The notes under the pieces: model-generated
Seen by the model: the letters and a program-made list of their open reading frames with translations, nothing else
Told to the model about the DNA's origin: nothing
Database searches by the model: none
Position numbers and translations under genes: made by a program
Shown here: piece after piece, positions 9,174 to 18,408 of the stretch
How the letters are laid out: each line of letters opens with the position of its first letter
Position numbering within the stretch: the stretch's first letter is position 1
Origin: Minisyncoccota bacterium
Lineage (GTDB): Bacteria > Patescibacteriota > Minisyncoccia > Phycocordibacterales > Phycocordibacteraceae
Assembly: GCA_035548315.1 (NCBI GenBank)
Contig: DASZTF010000010.1
Span: forward strand, 1,721-65,720
Length of the DNA stretch: 64,000 nt
Direction of reading: 5' to 3'

Positions 9174-9236
9174 GGGACTTGAACCCCCGACCATCCCGGT
9201 GTAAACGGGGTGCTCTACCAACTGAGCTAACCGCGC
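9162..9236 (-). tRNA. tRNA-Val(TAC)
   Basis: GCGCGGTTAGCTCAGTTGGTAGAGC...TTTACAC...GGTTCAAGTCC...CCGCGCACC; ends CCT in the integrated state. Confidence 0.95.
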
Positions 9237-9269
9237 AGTAATGAAGTTGTAGCACATTTCACCTCGTTG

Positions 9270-9351
9270 TGGGCATGGGGAGACTCGAACTCCCAAGGAT
9301 TGCTCCATACGCTTCTGAGACGTACGCGTATACCAATTCCGCCACATGCCC
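9270..9351 (-). tRNA. tRNA-Leu(CAG)
   Basis: GGGCATGTGGCGGAATTGGTATACGC..CTCAGAA..long variable arm..GTTCGAGTC..CATGCCCA. Confidence 0.95.
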
Positions 9352-9434
9352 GTGCGTACACTCTATCGTTGTCTATTAAAAGAAGGAAGCTGGCAGCGCT
9401 ATGTTTTGCGCTACCAGCTTCGCATCGCACTGAC

Positions 9435-9902
9435 TTAAAGGTAATGCGTGTCGTCCGGTGCGATGGGAGGTAAAGAGCCCACCGCCACGAGCAAGGGATC
9501 TCCCTTGGTTCCTGGAATCCGGCGGAACCCGTGAGGGACGCCGGGATCGAGAATGATCGTTTGGCCGAGGTGAAGGGGCAACCACAGGTTGGTATTTGAG
9601 AGGCTGAACAACCCCTCAAAGTTCTTGTTGCCGCCGATTACCTGAACCACCGACCCGCTGCGGGTGTGGTAGTGAGGTCTCACATTCTCGACCTGAAGGC
9701 ATTCGAACTCGACACCGTCGAGCAGAGTTGTCTGATGGACAAGAGGCGCTGCAGCGCGGACTTGCCGGTCGAAATTGCAGTAGAGAACACCTTCTTCTTC
9801 GTTCCAATCCTCAGTACCCTCGAAGATACCGATCGGGCTCGCGTCACGAACCTGTTGAAGCGCGAGTGCGATAACACTCGATTTACTCATCGCACGTTCC
9901 AT
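9435..9902 (-). CDS. Cupin-fold protein
   Basis: PHYH...GQTIILDPGVPHGF cupin motifs. Confidence 0.7.
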   Translation of the reverse strand: MERAMSKSSVIALALQQVRDASPIGIFEGTEDWNEEEGVLYCNFDRQVRAAAPLVHQTTLLDGVEFECLQVENVRPHYHTRSGSVVQVIGGNKNFEGLFSLSNTNLWLPLHLGQTIILDPGVPHGFRRIPGTKGDPLLVAVGSLPPIAPDDTHYL

Positions 9903-9949
9903 AAAGGACTCCTATCTTGGTACGGGAATACTATACTATAAATGCTACA

Positions 9950-11632
9950 TTAATCAAGAAGCAGTCGTGCGAGGCGTATGTCGGCGTACGAGGCCTTGCC
10001 GTGCAGGGCGGCGAATATGGTCTTGAGTGCCTTCGACTTCTTTTTCCGGAACATCGCCTGGATGTCATCCAAGTGAGGCGCATCGTCTGCGAGGTACAGC
10101 ACCTCGCTACGCTCCACGCGCCCGGCCTCGCGCAGCTGCTCCAAGTGGTCGATGATCGTCTCCGGCTTCACGCCGCGCTCGTCTGCCATTTCCCCAAGCG
10201 GCATCTGCTCGCGCACGAGCGCGAGGGTCGCGTCGATGGTCGGCACCTTCGGCGCGCTTTTCTCCGCGCGGCGCTTAGCTGCAAGCGCGAGGTTCTCGGT
10301 GCCGCCGATAGCGAGTACGAATCGCTTCTCCAGCTTCTTGCGCTCGTCTTCTCCCATGTCGTCGAATGCTGCCTCTGCGCCCGCGGACGCGGCGCGGAAC
10401 TCTCGGTCCTTCTTCGCGATTTCCGGATGCACCAAAAGCGCGCGGTCATTCATCCCGTAGAGCGAGAGGCCATCGAGCGTGCGCACGCGCGAGAGCGCGA
10501 CGTAGCCCTGGCCGTATTCAAATGCTGCGGAGAGGTCGACCGTCGCCGCGTCGAGCGACATGCCCTGGCTCTTATGCACGGTGATGGCCCACGCAAGCCG
10601 CAGCGGGACTTGGCTGATGGTCGCGAGCGTCCTGCCGCCGTCTTCCATCTTCCACTCCACTGGTTCTGCCACGATCTCCTCACCCGTGACGAGCTCGACG
10701 ATCGGATACTTGTGCACCGCAGAGAATCCGAGAACGCTGCCGAGCGTGCCATTGGCGTAGCGATTCATCGGATCGTTCTTGGTGAACATCACGCGCGCGC
10801 CTTCTTTGAGCACCAATGTCTCTGGCGAGAGGCAGCCGCGCTTGAGATTCTCGACCAAGTGCGCGGCGCCCTTGCTCGTCATGATGAATCGCTCGCTGCG
10901 ACCGTCGATCGCCGCAAGCGCGGCATCGTTCATGCGGTCGACCGATGCGTTGTGCGTATAGAGGCGCGTCACTGGCGCATGCACATCACCGTCCATCACC
11001 GCTTCCCCATCCACCTGACGACTCTCGAGCAGCGCACGGTGCTGCGCCGTCACCGCCTCCGCACGAATAGCGGAGAGGAGCGCGAGGAGCGCGCTGTCTT
11101 CTTGGCGGTGCTGCTCGCTCAAGTAGCAGACCAGGGGATTCGCTGCTTTCCACGCATCCGCGTCGAATGCGAATGCTGCGCGGTGACTCTCGCGCGATAT
11201 CGGTGGCAGCTGAAAAAAGTCTCCGACGAACACCACCTGGAGTCCGCCGAATGGCCGCTCCGGGTTGCGGATCGCACGGCACACCTCCTCTACCATATCG
11301 AGCGTGTTCGCCGAGAGCATCGAAATCTCATCGATGATTAAAATGTGCGCAGACCGGACACGTTTGTTCACACGCTCGTTGTTCTGGATGCGGTCGAGGT
11401 CGTATGGCGTGAGCTGTTCGAGCACGCCAATCCCACTCCACGCGTGAATCGTCATGCCGCCGATGTGGGTCGCGGCGATGCCTGTGGAAGCCGTGATAGC
11501 AGGTTCGACTCCACGCTCGTGGAGCCATTTTACGTAGGCGTTTACCGTGTGCGTCTTGCCGCTCCCCGGCTCACCCGTGAGAAAGACATTCGCGCCGGTG
11601 GTGAGAATGGCGAGCGCTTCCCGTTGCGTCAT
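9950..11632 (-). CDS. PIF1/RecD-like helicase with C-terminal HTH
   Basis: GEPGSGKT, IIDEISM, GDFFQLPP, AWAITVHKSQGMSL, YVALSR. Confidence 0.93.
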   Translation of the reverse strand: MTQREALAILTTGANVFLTGEPGSGKTHTVNAYVKWLHERGVEPAITASTGIAATHIGGMTIHAWSGIGVLEQLTPYDLDRIQNNERVNKRVRSAHILIIDEISMLSANTLDMVEEVCRAIRNPERPFGGLQVVFVGDFFQLPPISRESHRAAFAFDADAWKAANPLVCYLSEQHRQEDSALLALLSAIRAEAVTAQHRALLESRQVDGEAVMDGDVHAPVTRLYTHNASVDRMNDAALAAIDGRSERFIMTSKGAAHLVENLKRGCLSPETLVLKEGARVMFTKNDPMNRYANGTLGSVLGFSAVHKYPIVELVTGEEIVAEPVEWKMEDGGRTLATISQVPLRLAWAITVHKSQGMSLDAATVDLSAAFEYGQGYVALSRVRTLDGLSLYGMNDRALLVHPEIAKKDREFRAASAGAEAAFDDMGEDERKKLEKRFVLAIGGTENLALAAKRRAEKSAPKVPTIDATLALVREQMPLGEMADERGVKPETIIDHLEQLREAGRVERSEVLYLADDAPHLDDIQAMFRKKKSKALKTIFAALHGKASYADIRLARLLLD

Positions 11633-11663
11633 CTCACTAGTGTACCAACTACTCTAAAATAGG

Positions 11664-11735
11664 TGCCCCCGCCTGGAATCGAACCAAGATCAAGAGCTTA
11701 GAAGTCTCCTGCACTATCCATTGTGCTACAGGGGC
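11664..11735 (-). tRNA. tRNA-Arg(TCT)
   Basis: GCCCCTGTAGCACAATGGATAGTGC..CTTCTAA..GGTTCGATTCC..GGGGCA. Confidence 0.9.
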
Positions 11736-11752
11736 AGTGTTACCTTACCGCA

Positions 11753-12058
11753 CTACTTGGATGGGTCAACGAACTGATAGACCTTCTCATAATTCTGCAT
11801 CTCCGCAGCGCGCGTCTTGAATACCGCTTCCGCCGCGGTGACCGCGCTCGTGTCCGATGCGGGTGCGCTCGTCGACGTCATGCTCGACACCGCACTATTC
11901 TTCACGCTGGTGTAGATGAGCACGTTCGCCGCGACACTCGCACCAAGCAACACGACTGCGGCCACGAGCAGCACGAGCCAGTCGCGCACGGGATGCAGCC
12001 GTTCGCCGTAGCTGAACGTGGAGAGCGCGCGCTTCTCTATATCAGAAAGTGAGTTCAT
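11753..12058 (-). CDS. Single-TM protein closing the pilMNO operon
   Basis: ATGA overlap with the upstream gene; RDW followed by a hydrophobic helix. Confidence 0.7.
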   Translation of the reverse strand: MNSLSDIEKRALSTFSYGERLHPVRDWLVLLVAAVVLLGASVAANVLIYTSVKNSAVSSMTSTSAPASDTSAVTAAEAVFKTRAAEMQNYEKVYQFVDPSK

Positions 12059-12588
12059 GGTGTTGTGGTGGCAGAGGAGGACGCCGTTCCCACCGAGAGC
12101 GTCATGGCGGCGGTCCACCCGGGTGTAGCGGTGGTATTGGTCGTACTCAAATTAAGCGAATGCACCGTGATGTCGTAGGGGCTGTACTCGATCGCGCCTA
12201 CGGTGCGCATGACTGCAGCGAACGACCCGCTGATCGCAAGGGCGAGGTCGAGGTGCGGTCGCGGATTCGGATTCGCCGTGACTGACACCACCGAGATCGC
12301 TGCACCGAGGCTCCGCCCAAGCGACTGCTGATCCTCAAGGAAGGTCACGATAGTGTCGGGGAGCACGGAATAATTCTGGATATCGCGCGCTGCAGGCGCG
12401 AGCTGCGCGAGTTCATCTGCGGCGTGGGCGGAACTCACTTCGTCCTGAGTGCGGCTGTTCACCTCTCCCACGAGTTGCGCTACTGCGGTCGTAGCCGCGG
12501 TCAGCATGGAATACCAGTAGGCATAGGCCCCAAGTGCGATTGCGAAGATCACGATCCACAGCACGAGCTGGTAGAGTGGGCGGTTCAT
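12055..12588 (-). CDS. PilO-like pilus alignment protein
   Basis: N-terminal TM, coiled coil, GSF..VMR....IE..PY ferredoxin-like segment; follows pilN. Confidence 0.6.
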   Translation of the reverse strand: MNRPLYQLVLWIVIFAIALGAYAYWYSMLTAATTAVAQLVGEVNSRTQDEVSSAHAADELAQLAPAARDIQNYSVLPDTIVTFLEDQQSLGRSLGAAISVVSVTANPNPRPHLDLALAISGSFAAVMRTVGAIEYSPYDITVHSLNLSTTNTTATPGWTAAMTLSVGTASSSATTTP

Positions 12589-13154
12589 GGCATTGGTGCG
12601 AGCGTCCCAGTGATCGTCATCGAGAACGCGATGTCGGTATCCTCAGCGTACGCGCTAATCGGAAGGTCGACACTCGTGACAAACGGTGCTCCCGTGAGCG
12701 CGAGGTTGTAGCTGCGCAGTTCTTCGCGCGTAGCAGCGGTGCCCGAAAGCACCATTTTCGCGCTCTGTGCATTCCCGCCCGTTGGCGGCGTATAGGTGAT
12801 GCTCGCGAGCGAGACGCCTGGGTGCGGTACCCCAAGCACGACGCGCACGGCACCTGATGCAGATGGCGTGTTCTTGAGTTCAGCCAAGTGCGCCGCACTC
12901 GCCTTGAGCGTAGCGAGCTCGCTCGCGGCACTCTCTGCGGTTGCATCCGCATTCGCACTCGTGTTCACGAGCGCCGCTTGCTCTGCGCGGACCTCGGCGG
13001 TCGCATACAAGTACGACGGGAGAAGCAGGATGCCGTGGATCACCACCAGTGCGGTGAGCAGCATGAACGCTACCGTCGCGAGGCGGATGAAGTAATTCCG
13101 ACGGAATGCACGGCTGCGATCCGGCGGGAGCAAATTGATCATGTCATGGGACAT
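12585..13154 (-). CDS. pilN: PilN-like protein
   Basis: MINLLP motif, TM, LSGTAATRE.L; start moved to 13154. Confidence 0.75.
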   Translation of the reverse strand: MSHDMINLLPPDRSRAFRRNYFIRLATVAFMLLTALVVIHGILLLPSYLYATAEVRAEQAALVNTSANADATAESAASELATLKASAAHLAELKNTPSASGAVRVVLGVPHPGVSLASITYTPPTGGNAQSAKMVLSGTAATREELRSYNLALTGAPFVTSVDLPISAYAEDTDIAFSMTITGTLAPMP

Positions 13155-14223
13155 ATTGTCGTAGCGCGAGCCCGATCGCGGTCGCGTATGCGAGCGACTC
13201 GGTGTAATCAATCGGCGGGAGCCAGTAGTCGCGTGAGGCGAAATTGGTAAACACGTCCCCGAGCTCGACCGGGATCTTGAGTCCCGCCGCAAGGTATTCC
13301 GGCAGACCCTTCACCGTCGCGTTCCCTCCCACGATGAGCGCGCGGGTGACGGGGTCGTGGCCACCACCCGCCACACCGCGCGTCTGCCAGTAATCAAGGC
13401 GCCGCGCAATCTCTTCCCGGATTGCTGACACCGTCGAGAGCATCGCCGCCAGATACTCGTCATTCCCATCACTCGCGACAAGCCCCCGGTCAGCCTTCAC
13501 GCGCTTCGCTTCTTCTTCGGTGACGCCAAAGTGTTTCTGCACCGCCATCGTAAGCGCGTGACCACCGATGTCGAGCGTGGTCGCGTAACGCGGGATGCGA
13601 TTCGCCACCACGATCAGTTTGGTGGTCGTGCGGCCGATGTCGATCACGAGCACGGTGGAAGGATCGCCGGGACGCAGGACAGCACGTGCGATTGAGAAAA
13701 GCTCGCTCTCGATCGCACGGATGCCGATACCAGCTTCATCAAACGCCTGGAGCGATTGCTCGATCACGCGACGCGCGTACCCCACGGCCACGAGGTGCGT
13801 CTGCTCCCCCACTTTTCCTGCTGCCATAAAGTCGTACGCGACTTCGGAGGGCGGGAGTGGTACGTATTCGTCGAGGTGCTGCTCGAGCGCCACCGACCAC
13901 GCTTCGGGTGTCTCGCCGGGAACGTCTGTCTCAAAGAGGTATGTACGCGATTCGGGCAGAGCAATATTGGCGAGTGCTGCGCCCTCACCGCGCGCGAGGG
14001 TAGAAATCCCCTTGGCCACCGCGCCGATGTCATTAATATCCGCTGAGGTGAAGGCGCCCTCCGGAAGTCGCGCTTCTTTGGCGGCCGCGAGCTCTATGCC
14101 GCGCGCCGTTTCCTTGAGCATCGCGAACTTGATGCTGCTTGCAGAGACGTCGATGCCCGCAGTGGGGAGCGTGAGGTAGCGCGGCGGCGCGAAGTTAACC
14201 GAAATGAAGCGCGGAAGCGACAT
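13144..14223 (-). CDS. pilM: Type IV pilus assembly protein PilM
   Basis: GIDVS, IDIG..TT, GG..LT, GG.A...GL, AIGLALR actin-like motifs. Confidence 0.88.
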   Translation of the reverse strand: MSLPRFISVNFAPPRYLTLPTAGIDVSASSIKFAMLKETARGIELAAAKEARLPEGAFTSADINDIGAVAKGISTLARGEGAALANIALPESRTYLFETDVPGETPEAWSVALEQHLDEYVPLPPSEVAYDFMAAGKVGEQTHLVAVGYARRVIEQSLQAFDEAGIGIRAIESELFSIARAVLRPGDPSTVLVIDIGRTTTKLIVVANRIPRYATTLDIGGHALTMAVQKHFGVTEEEAKRVKADRGLVASDGNDEYLAAMLSTVSAIREEIARRLDYWQTRGVAGGGHDPVTRALIVGGNATVKGLPEYLAAGLKIPVELGDVFTNFASRDYWLPPIDYTESLAYATAIGLALRQYVP

Positions 14224-14253
14224 GCTTCCGCTAGTATACCGCGCTCGGGACGC

Positions 14254-14664
14254 TTAGTGTGCGCTCGTGCCCGGGGGAACCGGTCGATCGGGCGTAAGAA
14301 AGGCGAAGGTGTCGTCGTGTCCCACGGCAAAGAGCATGCCATTACTTTCGATGCCCTTGATCATGCGCGGCGCGAGGTTCGTGACATACGCAAACTGGTG
14401 CCCGACGAGCGACTCTGGCTCGGGCACGTACGCGGCGATACCCGAGACGATGGTGCGCGGCCCCGCTACTTCACCAAAGTCGACCGTGCACTTGATGAGC
14501 TTGTCCGTCTCCGGCACGCGCTCGGCGGCCTTCACGGTACCCACTTTCACTTCCACCTTTGCGAACTCGTCGATGGAAATCTTTGGTTCCGTCTTGGGCT
14601 CGGCCGTTGGCCCCTCTTCTTTCACTTCCCCTGCTGCCGGTACCGGATGCTGATCGTCAATCAT
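14254..14664 (-). CDS. tRNA-binding OB-fold protein (MetG C-terminal/Trbp111-like)
   Basis: ISIDEFAKVEVKVG, RTIVSGIA, NLAPR.IKGIESNGM. Confidence 0.88.
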   Translation of the reverse strand: MIDDQHPVPAAGEVKEEGPTAEPKTEPKISIDEFAKVEVKVGTVKAAERVPETDKLIKCTVDFGEVAGPRTIVSGIAAYVPEPESLVGHQFAYVTNLAPRMIKGIESNGMLFAVGHDDTFAFLTPDRPVPPGTSAH

Positions 14665-15067
14665 GTTTTTTACTTAAATAGCTCGTAAGGATGAGTGCGG
14701 CGGCAGAGGCGTCGACGGCATCAGTGCTTTTCGGACTTCTGCCGGTAACCGACTCATCGCGCGCGCGGCGTGCCTCGGCACTCGTAAACATTTCTGGTTC
14801 ATAGTAAACCGGAACTTTTGCTTCATTCATTATGAACGTACCCAGCAACCGAGCAGCGTTAGCTATCGCATTGTCATTTCCTGCGAGATCCTTTGACTCT
14901 CCCATAACGACTGCGCCGACATTCTCACTCTTAATTATAAGGACGAGTTTGTCATAGAGCCCCGTATCATTTGGAATAATTTTATAAGGGAATCCCATGC
15001 TGCCGCCCTCGTCCGAGAGGGCGAGGCCGCATTTCCTGGTGCCGTAATCGATGCCGAGGTAGCGCAT
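14657..15067 (-). CDS. ruvX: YqgF/RuvX pre-16S rRNA nuclease
   Basis: LGIDYG...GLALSD, E.FTS.EA, VDASAAALIL. Confidence 0.92.
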   Translation of the reverse strand: MRYLGIDYGTRKCGLALSDEGGSMGFPYKIIPNDTGLYDKLVLIIKSENVGAVVMGESKDLAGNDNAIANAARLLGTFIMNEAKVPVYYEPEMFTSAEARRARDESVTGRSPKSTDAVDASAAALILTSYLSKKHD

Positions 15068-15089
15068 CCCCCTATGGTATACTCCCGGC

Positions 15090-15440
15090 ATGTATCATCC
15101 AATCGACGCAGGCATGTTTGGGTTCGGCCAGTTCGGTGCACTCTTCGGCGCGGGCTTTGCCGTATTCCTACTCGTCGCACTTATCTGGACGCTTCTATGG
15201 AAGGGTCTCGCGCTTTGGCACGCGGCACGCAGCGGTCAGTGGGTGTGGTTCATTGTGTTTCTTATCGTGAACACTGCCGGCATCCTCGAGATCGTATACC
15301 TGATCTGGTTCCGCGGAGACAAAAATAGCGAGAACCTCTTCCCCTTTGGTGCGGCACCGCAGCCGGTTACCCCAGCTACTACGGTGGTGGAAGAGGTCGT
15401 CGTCGTAGAAACGTCGTCAGACGATTCAGCGGCGGCGTAA
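15090..15440 (+). CDS. DUF5652-like membrane protein
   Basis: W..LWKGLALWHAAR..Q.VWF......NTAGILEIVY. Confidence 0.8.
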   Translation: MYHPIDAGMFGFGQFGALFGAGFAVFLLVALIWTLLWKGLALWHAARSGQWVWFIVFLIVNTAGILEIVYLIWFRGDKNSENLFPFGAAPQPVTPATTVVEEVVVVETSSDDSAAA

Positions 15441-15445
15441 GTGCG

Positions 15446-15530
15446 GGAGGAGTCGCATAGTGGTTTAGTGCACCGGTCTTGAAAACCGGAGTGTCGCAAG
15501 GCACCGCGAGTTCGAATCTCGCCTCCTCCG
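15446..15530 (+). tRNA. tRNA-Ser(TGA)
   Basis: GGAGGAGTCGCATAGTGG..CCGGTCTTGAAAACCGG..long variable arm..GTTCGAATC. Confidence 0.95.
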
Positions 15531-15560
15531 CTTGTAGTGGTGGTATGATATTGCATAGGT

Positions 15561-16034
15561 ATGCCAAGACCGCCGATATTCGAGTGGGAAGGAACCGAAT
15601 ACACGTTCAAAGAAAAGACCGCTGACTGGTACTGGGCGGTCGGCATCATTGCGGTTGCCGCAGCGATTGCCTCACTTCTTTTTGGGAATGTCATCCTCGC
15701 TATCCTGATCATCGTCGCGGCGGCGTCGGTCGCCATCGCGGCTGCGAAGCAGCCGCGCGCGCATCGATTCGCCGTCACCGAGCAGGGACTCACTATTGGC
15801 GACCGTCTCTATCCGTACGACACGATGCTCCACTATTCCGTACTCGAATATGTCGACCTCGATCTTCCTCCTGCCCTCTCGATAAAGACGCGCAGCTTGT
15901 TCGCCCCACACCTCCTCATCCCGCTCGTGGATGTGGACCCCGACGAAGTCTATGAATACCTTTCACTCCATCTCGACGAGGGCAACCACCACACCTCCGT
16001 CGTCGATCGACTGGTAGAGATGTTCGAACTATAG
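15561..16034 (+). CDS. Conserved hypothetical 2-TM protein with PH-like soluble domain
   Basis: FEW...EY....K..DWYW, two TMs; resembles a common Parcubacteria family. Confidence 0.75.
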   Translation: MPRPPIFEWEGTEYTFKEKTADWYWAVGIIAVAAAIASLLFGNVILAILIIVAAASVAIAAAKQPRAHRFAVTEQGLTIGDRLYPYDTMLHYSVLEYVDLDLPPALSIKTRSLFAPHLLIPLVDVDPDEVYEYLSLHLDEGNHHTSVVDRLVEMFEL

Positions 16035-16054
16035 TAGAGTCATTTCGTTAGCTC

Positions 16055-16126
16055 GCTCCCGTCGTTCAATGGATAGGACGTCTCCTTGCGGAGGAGATGA
16101 TGTGGGTTCGATTCCTGCCGGGAGCA
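16055..16126 (+). tRNA. tRNA-Arg(GCG)
   Basis: Anticodon arm TCTCC-TTGCGGA-GGAGA; T-loop GTTCGATTC. Confidence 0.92.
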
Positions 16127-16158
16127 CACCTGAGTGCAGTGTAGTATCGTGAGCGCAC

Positions 16159-16233
16159 GCTCTCGTCGTTCAATGGATAGGATATCTCCCTCCGAAGGAG
16201 GTGATGCTGGTTCGATTCCAGCCGAGAGCACCA
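16159..16233 (+). tRNA. tRNA-Arg(CCG)
   Basis: Anticodon arm TCTCC-CTCCGAA-GGAGG; encoded CCA. Confidence 0.93.
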
Positions 16234-16270
16234 AAAGAAAACACCCGCTTTGTGCGGGTGTTTTCTTTTG
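16233..16270. terminator. Bidirectional intrinsic terminator
   Basis: AAAAGAAAACACCCGC..GCGGGTGTTTTCTTTT between convergent tRNA and rpsT. Confidence 0.85.
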
Positions 16271-16534
16271 TTAGGCCGATGCGCGCTTGAGGGCGGCGGC
16301 GAGGCGCGCCTTCTTGCGGGCTGCCGCGTTCGGCTTGATGATGCCGCGCTTGGCTGCCTTGTCGATGGCGCTGAACGCCTCCGAGAGTGCCTTCTGCGTA
16401 TCCTTGCCCTTCCCCGCGATAGCGGTCTTTGCGGCCTTGGTTGCGTCCGTGAGGGCGCGCTTGCGGCGCACGTTGAATACGCGCTTCTTGAGACTTGCGC
16501 GGTGGGCCTTCTTTGCTCCTTTAGTGATTGCCAT
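16271..16534 (-). CDS. rpsT: 30S ribosomal protein S20
   Basis: AITKGAKKA.R, IDKAAKRGIIKPN.AARKKARL. Confidence 0.96.
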   Translation of the reverse strand: MAITKGAKKAHRASLKKRVFNVRRKRALTDATKAAKTAIAGKGKDTQKALSEAFSAIDKAAKRGIIKPNAAARKKARLAAALKRASA

Positions 16535-16590
16535 GTAAGGCCTAATCTAAGCCATAGGACGAGAAACCGCAAGAGTGCTACGATTGGGCC

Positions 16591-17145
16591 ATGATTCGCG
16601 AGATCCACGGGAAGGTGCTTTCGGTCGAGCCCTTGGGGGCGGTCGTGGAGGTCGCGGGCTTTGGGATCTTCGTCCACTTGGCGAACCCTACCCTCGTTAC
16701 CGTGGGTGAACCGGCGCATATCAAGACCTATCTCGCAGTAAAGCAGGACGGGCTCGAGCTCTATGGATTCGTCGACGAAGCCGACCGCCGGTTCTTCGAG
16801 CTCGCGCTCTCGGTCTCGGGCGTCGGTCCCAAAACCGCCCTTTCCCTCCTGCGCCGCGCGCCGCGCGAGAAAATAGAAGAAGCAATTGGAAAGCGCGACG
16901 TGGCCTATCTCACTCGTGTAGTAGGCATGGGTAAAAAGAGCGCCGAGAAACTGGTCGTGGAGATCGGCGAGCGCATCAACCTCTCCGGAGAAAGCGCGGG
17001 CGGAGAAGACGCGGAGGTGTTTGACACGCTCGTCGCCCTTGGGTATACCGAGCGCGAAGCCCGCAGCGCGGTTTCCGCCATCCCCAAGGGCGTGAGCGGC
17101 AAGGACGCTCGGCTGCGCGCCGCGCTCTCGGGTGGACACAAGTAA
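16591..17145 (+). CDS. ruvA: Holliday junction branch migration protein RuvA
   Basis: LYGF, SVSGVGPKTAL, GMGKKSAEKL, LVALGY. Confidence 0.95.
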   Translation: MIREIHGKVLSVEPLGAVVEVAGFGIFVHLANPTLVTVGEPAHIKTYLAVKQDGLELYGFVDEADRRFFELALSVSGVGPKTALSLLRRAPREKIEEAIGKRDVAYLTRVVGMGKKSAEKLVVEIGERINLSGESAGGEDAEVFDTLVALGYTEREARSAVSAIPKGVSGKDARLRAALSGGHK

Positions 17146-17148
17146 TTC

Positions 17149-18402
17149 ATGAAATCATTCCTGCAGTCATTCCTCCCTCGCGGAGCCTATCGCGCGCTCA
17201 CGCGCCCCTACCATTTTCTGTGGGCATTCTTTTCTGCGCTGCGGTACGGCATGCCAGCGCGCAAACTCACCGTAATCGGCGTCACCGGCACCAAGGGCAA
17301 GTCGTCGGTGTCGGAAATGCTGTTCGCCATACTCACCGCGGCGGGACACAAAACGGCAACCGCCGGCACCATCCGCTTTGCGATCGGCGCCGAGTCAGAA
17401 CCGAACAAATTTAAAATGACCGTGCCCGGCCACGGATTCTTGCAGAAATTCCTGCGGCGCGCCGTCAACGAGGGCGCGACCCACGCCGTGCTCGAGCTCA
17501 CGAGCGAAGCCGCGCTCCAGTACCGCCACCTGTTCCTCGACCTCGATGCGCTCGTGTTCACCAACCTCCAGCCCGAGCATCTCGAATCCCACGGAAGCAT
17601 GGAGAAGTATTTCCGTGCGAAGTTCTCGATCGGGGAATCGCTCGCGCGGTCGCCCAAGCGCCCGCGCGCCATCGTGGCAAATGCCGACGACGAATACGGC
17701 CGCCGATTCCTCGCGCTTCCCGTGGAGAAGCAGATTCCCTTCTCCTACACCGACGCTACCAACGGCATCATCAAGGACGGCAGCGTATCATTCATGTATA
17801 AAAATACGCGCTTTGATGTGCCCCACCCGGGTGCGATGAGTGTGATGAACGCGCTCGCTGCGGTGAAAGTTGCTGAGTTCCTCGGGGTCTCGCCCGAAGT
17901 GGCAGCACGTGCGCTCGCGAAGCTCGAGAAAATCCCGGGCCGCGCCGAGCGCATCGACCTCGGCCAGAACTTCCTCGCGATCGTCGACTACGCGCACACG
18001 CCCGATTCACTCAAGGCTCTCTACGCCGCGTACCCGCAGCACTACCGCAAGATCTGCGTACTCGGGAATACGGGCGGCGGTCGCGATACCTGGAAACGCC
18101 CACTCATGGGCAAGATCGCGGAGGAGTCGTGCGAAGAAGTAATTCTCACCAATGAAGACCCGTACGACGAGGATCCCGATGCAATCGTGAATGAAATGGC
18201 GGCGGGCATGGAAAAGAAGCCGCACATCGTGATGGACCGCCGCGAAGCAATTCGAAAGGCACTCTCGCTCGCCAAGGACGGTGACGTGGTGCTCGTGACG
18301 GGCAAGGGTACGGACCCCTTCATCATGGGCCCACGCGGGACCAAAGAGCCCTGGAGTGATGCACAGGTAGTCGAAGAAGAACTCGCGCAGCTGCTATCAT
18401 AA
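17149..18402 (+). CDS. murE: MurE-like Mur ligase (short, lacking the usual N-terminal domain)
   Basis: GVTGTKGKSS, FTNL..EHL..H, VDYAHTPDSL, GGGRD..KR, GKG. Confidence 0.85.
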   Translation: MKSFLQSFLPRGAYRALTRPYHFLWAFFSALRYGMPARKLTVIGVTGTKGKSSVSEMLFAILTAAGHKTATAGTIRFAIGAESEPNKFKMTVPGHGFLQKFLRRAVNEGATHAVLELTSEAALQYRHLFLDLDALVFTNLQPEHLESHGSMEKYFRAKFSIGESLARSPKRPRAIVANADDEYGRRFLALPVEKQIPFSYTDATNGIIKDGSVSFMYKNTRFDVPHPGAMSVMNALAAVKVAEFLGVSPEVAARALAKLEKIPGRAERIDLGQNFLAIVDYAHTPDSLKALYAAYPQHYRKICVLGNTGGGRDTWKRPLMGKIAEESCEEVILTNEDPYDEDPDAIVNEMAAGMEKKPHIVMDRREAIRKALSLAKDGDVVLVTGKGTDPFIMGPRGTKEPWSDAQVVEEELAQLLS

Positions 18403-18408
18403 GGGCAC

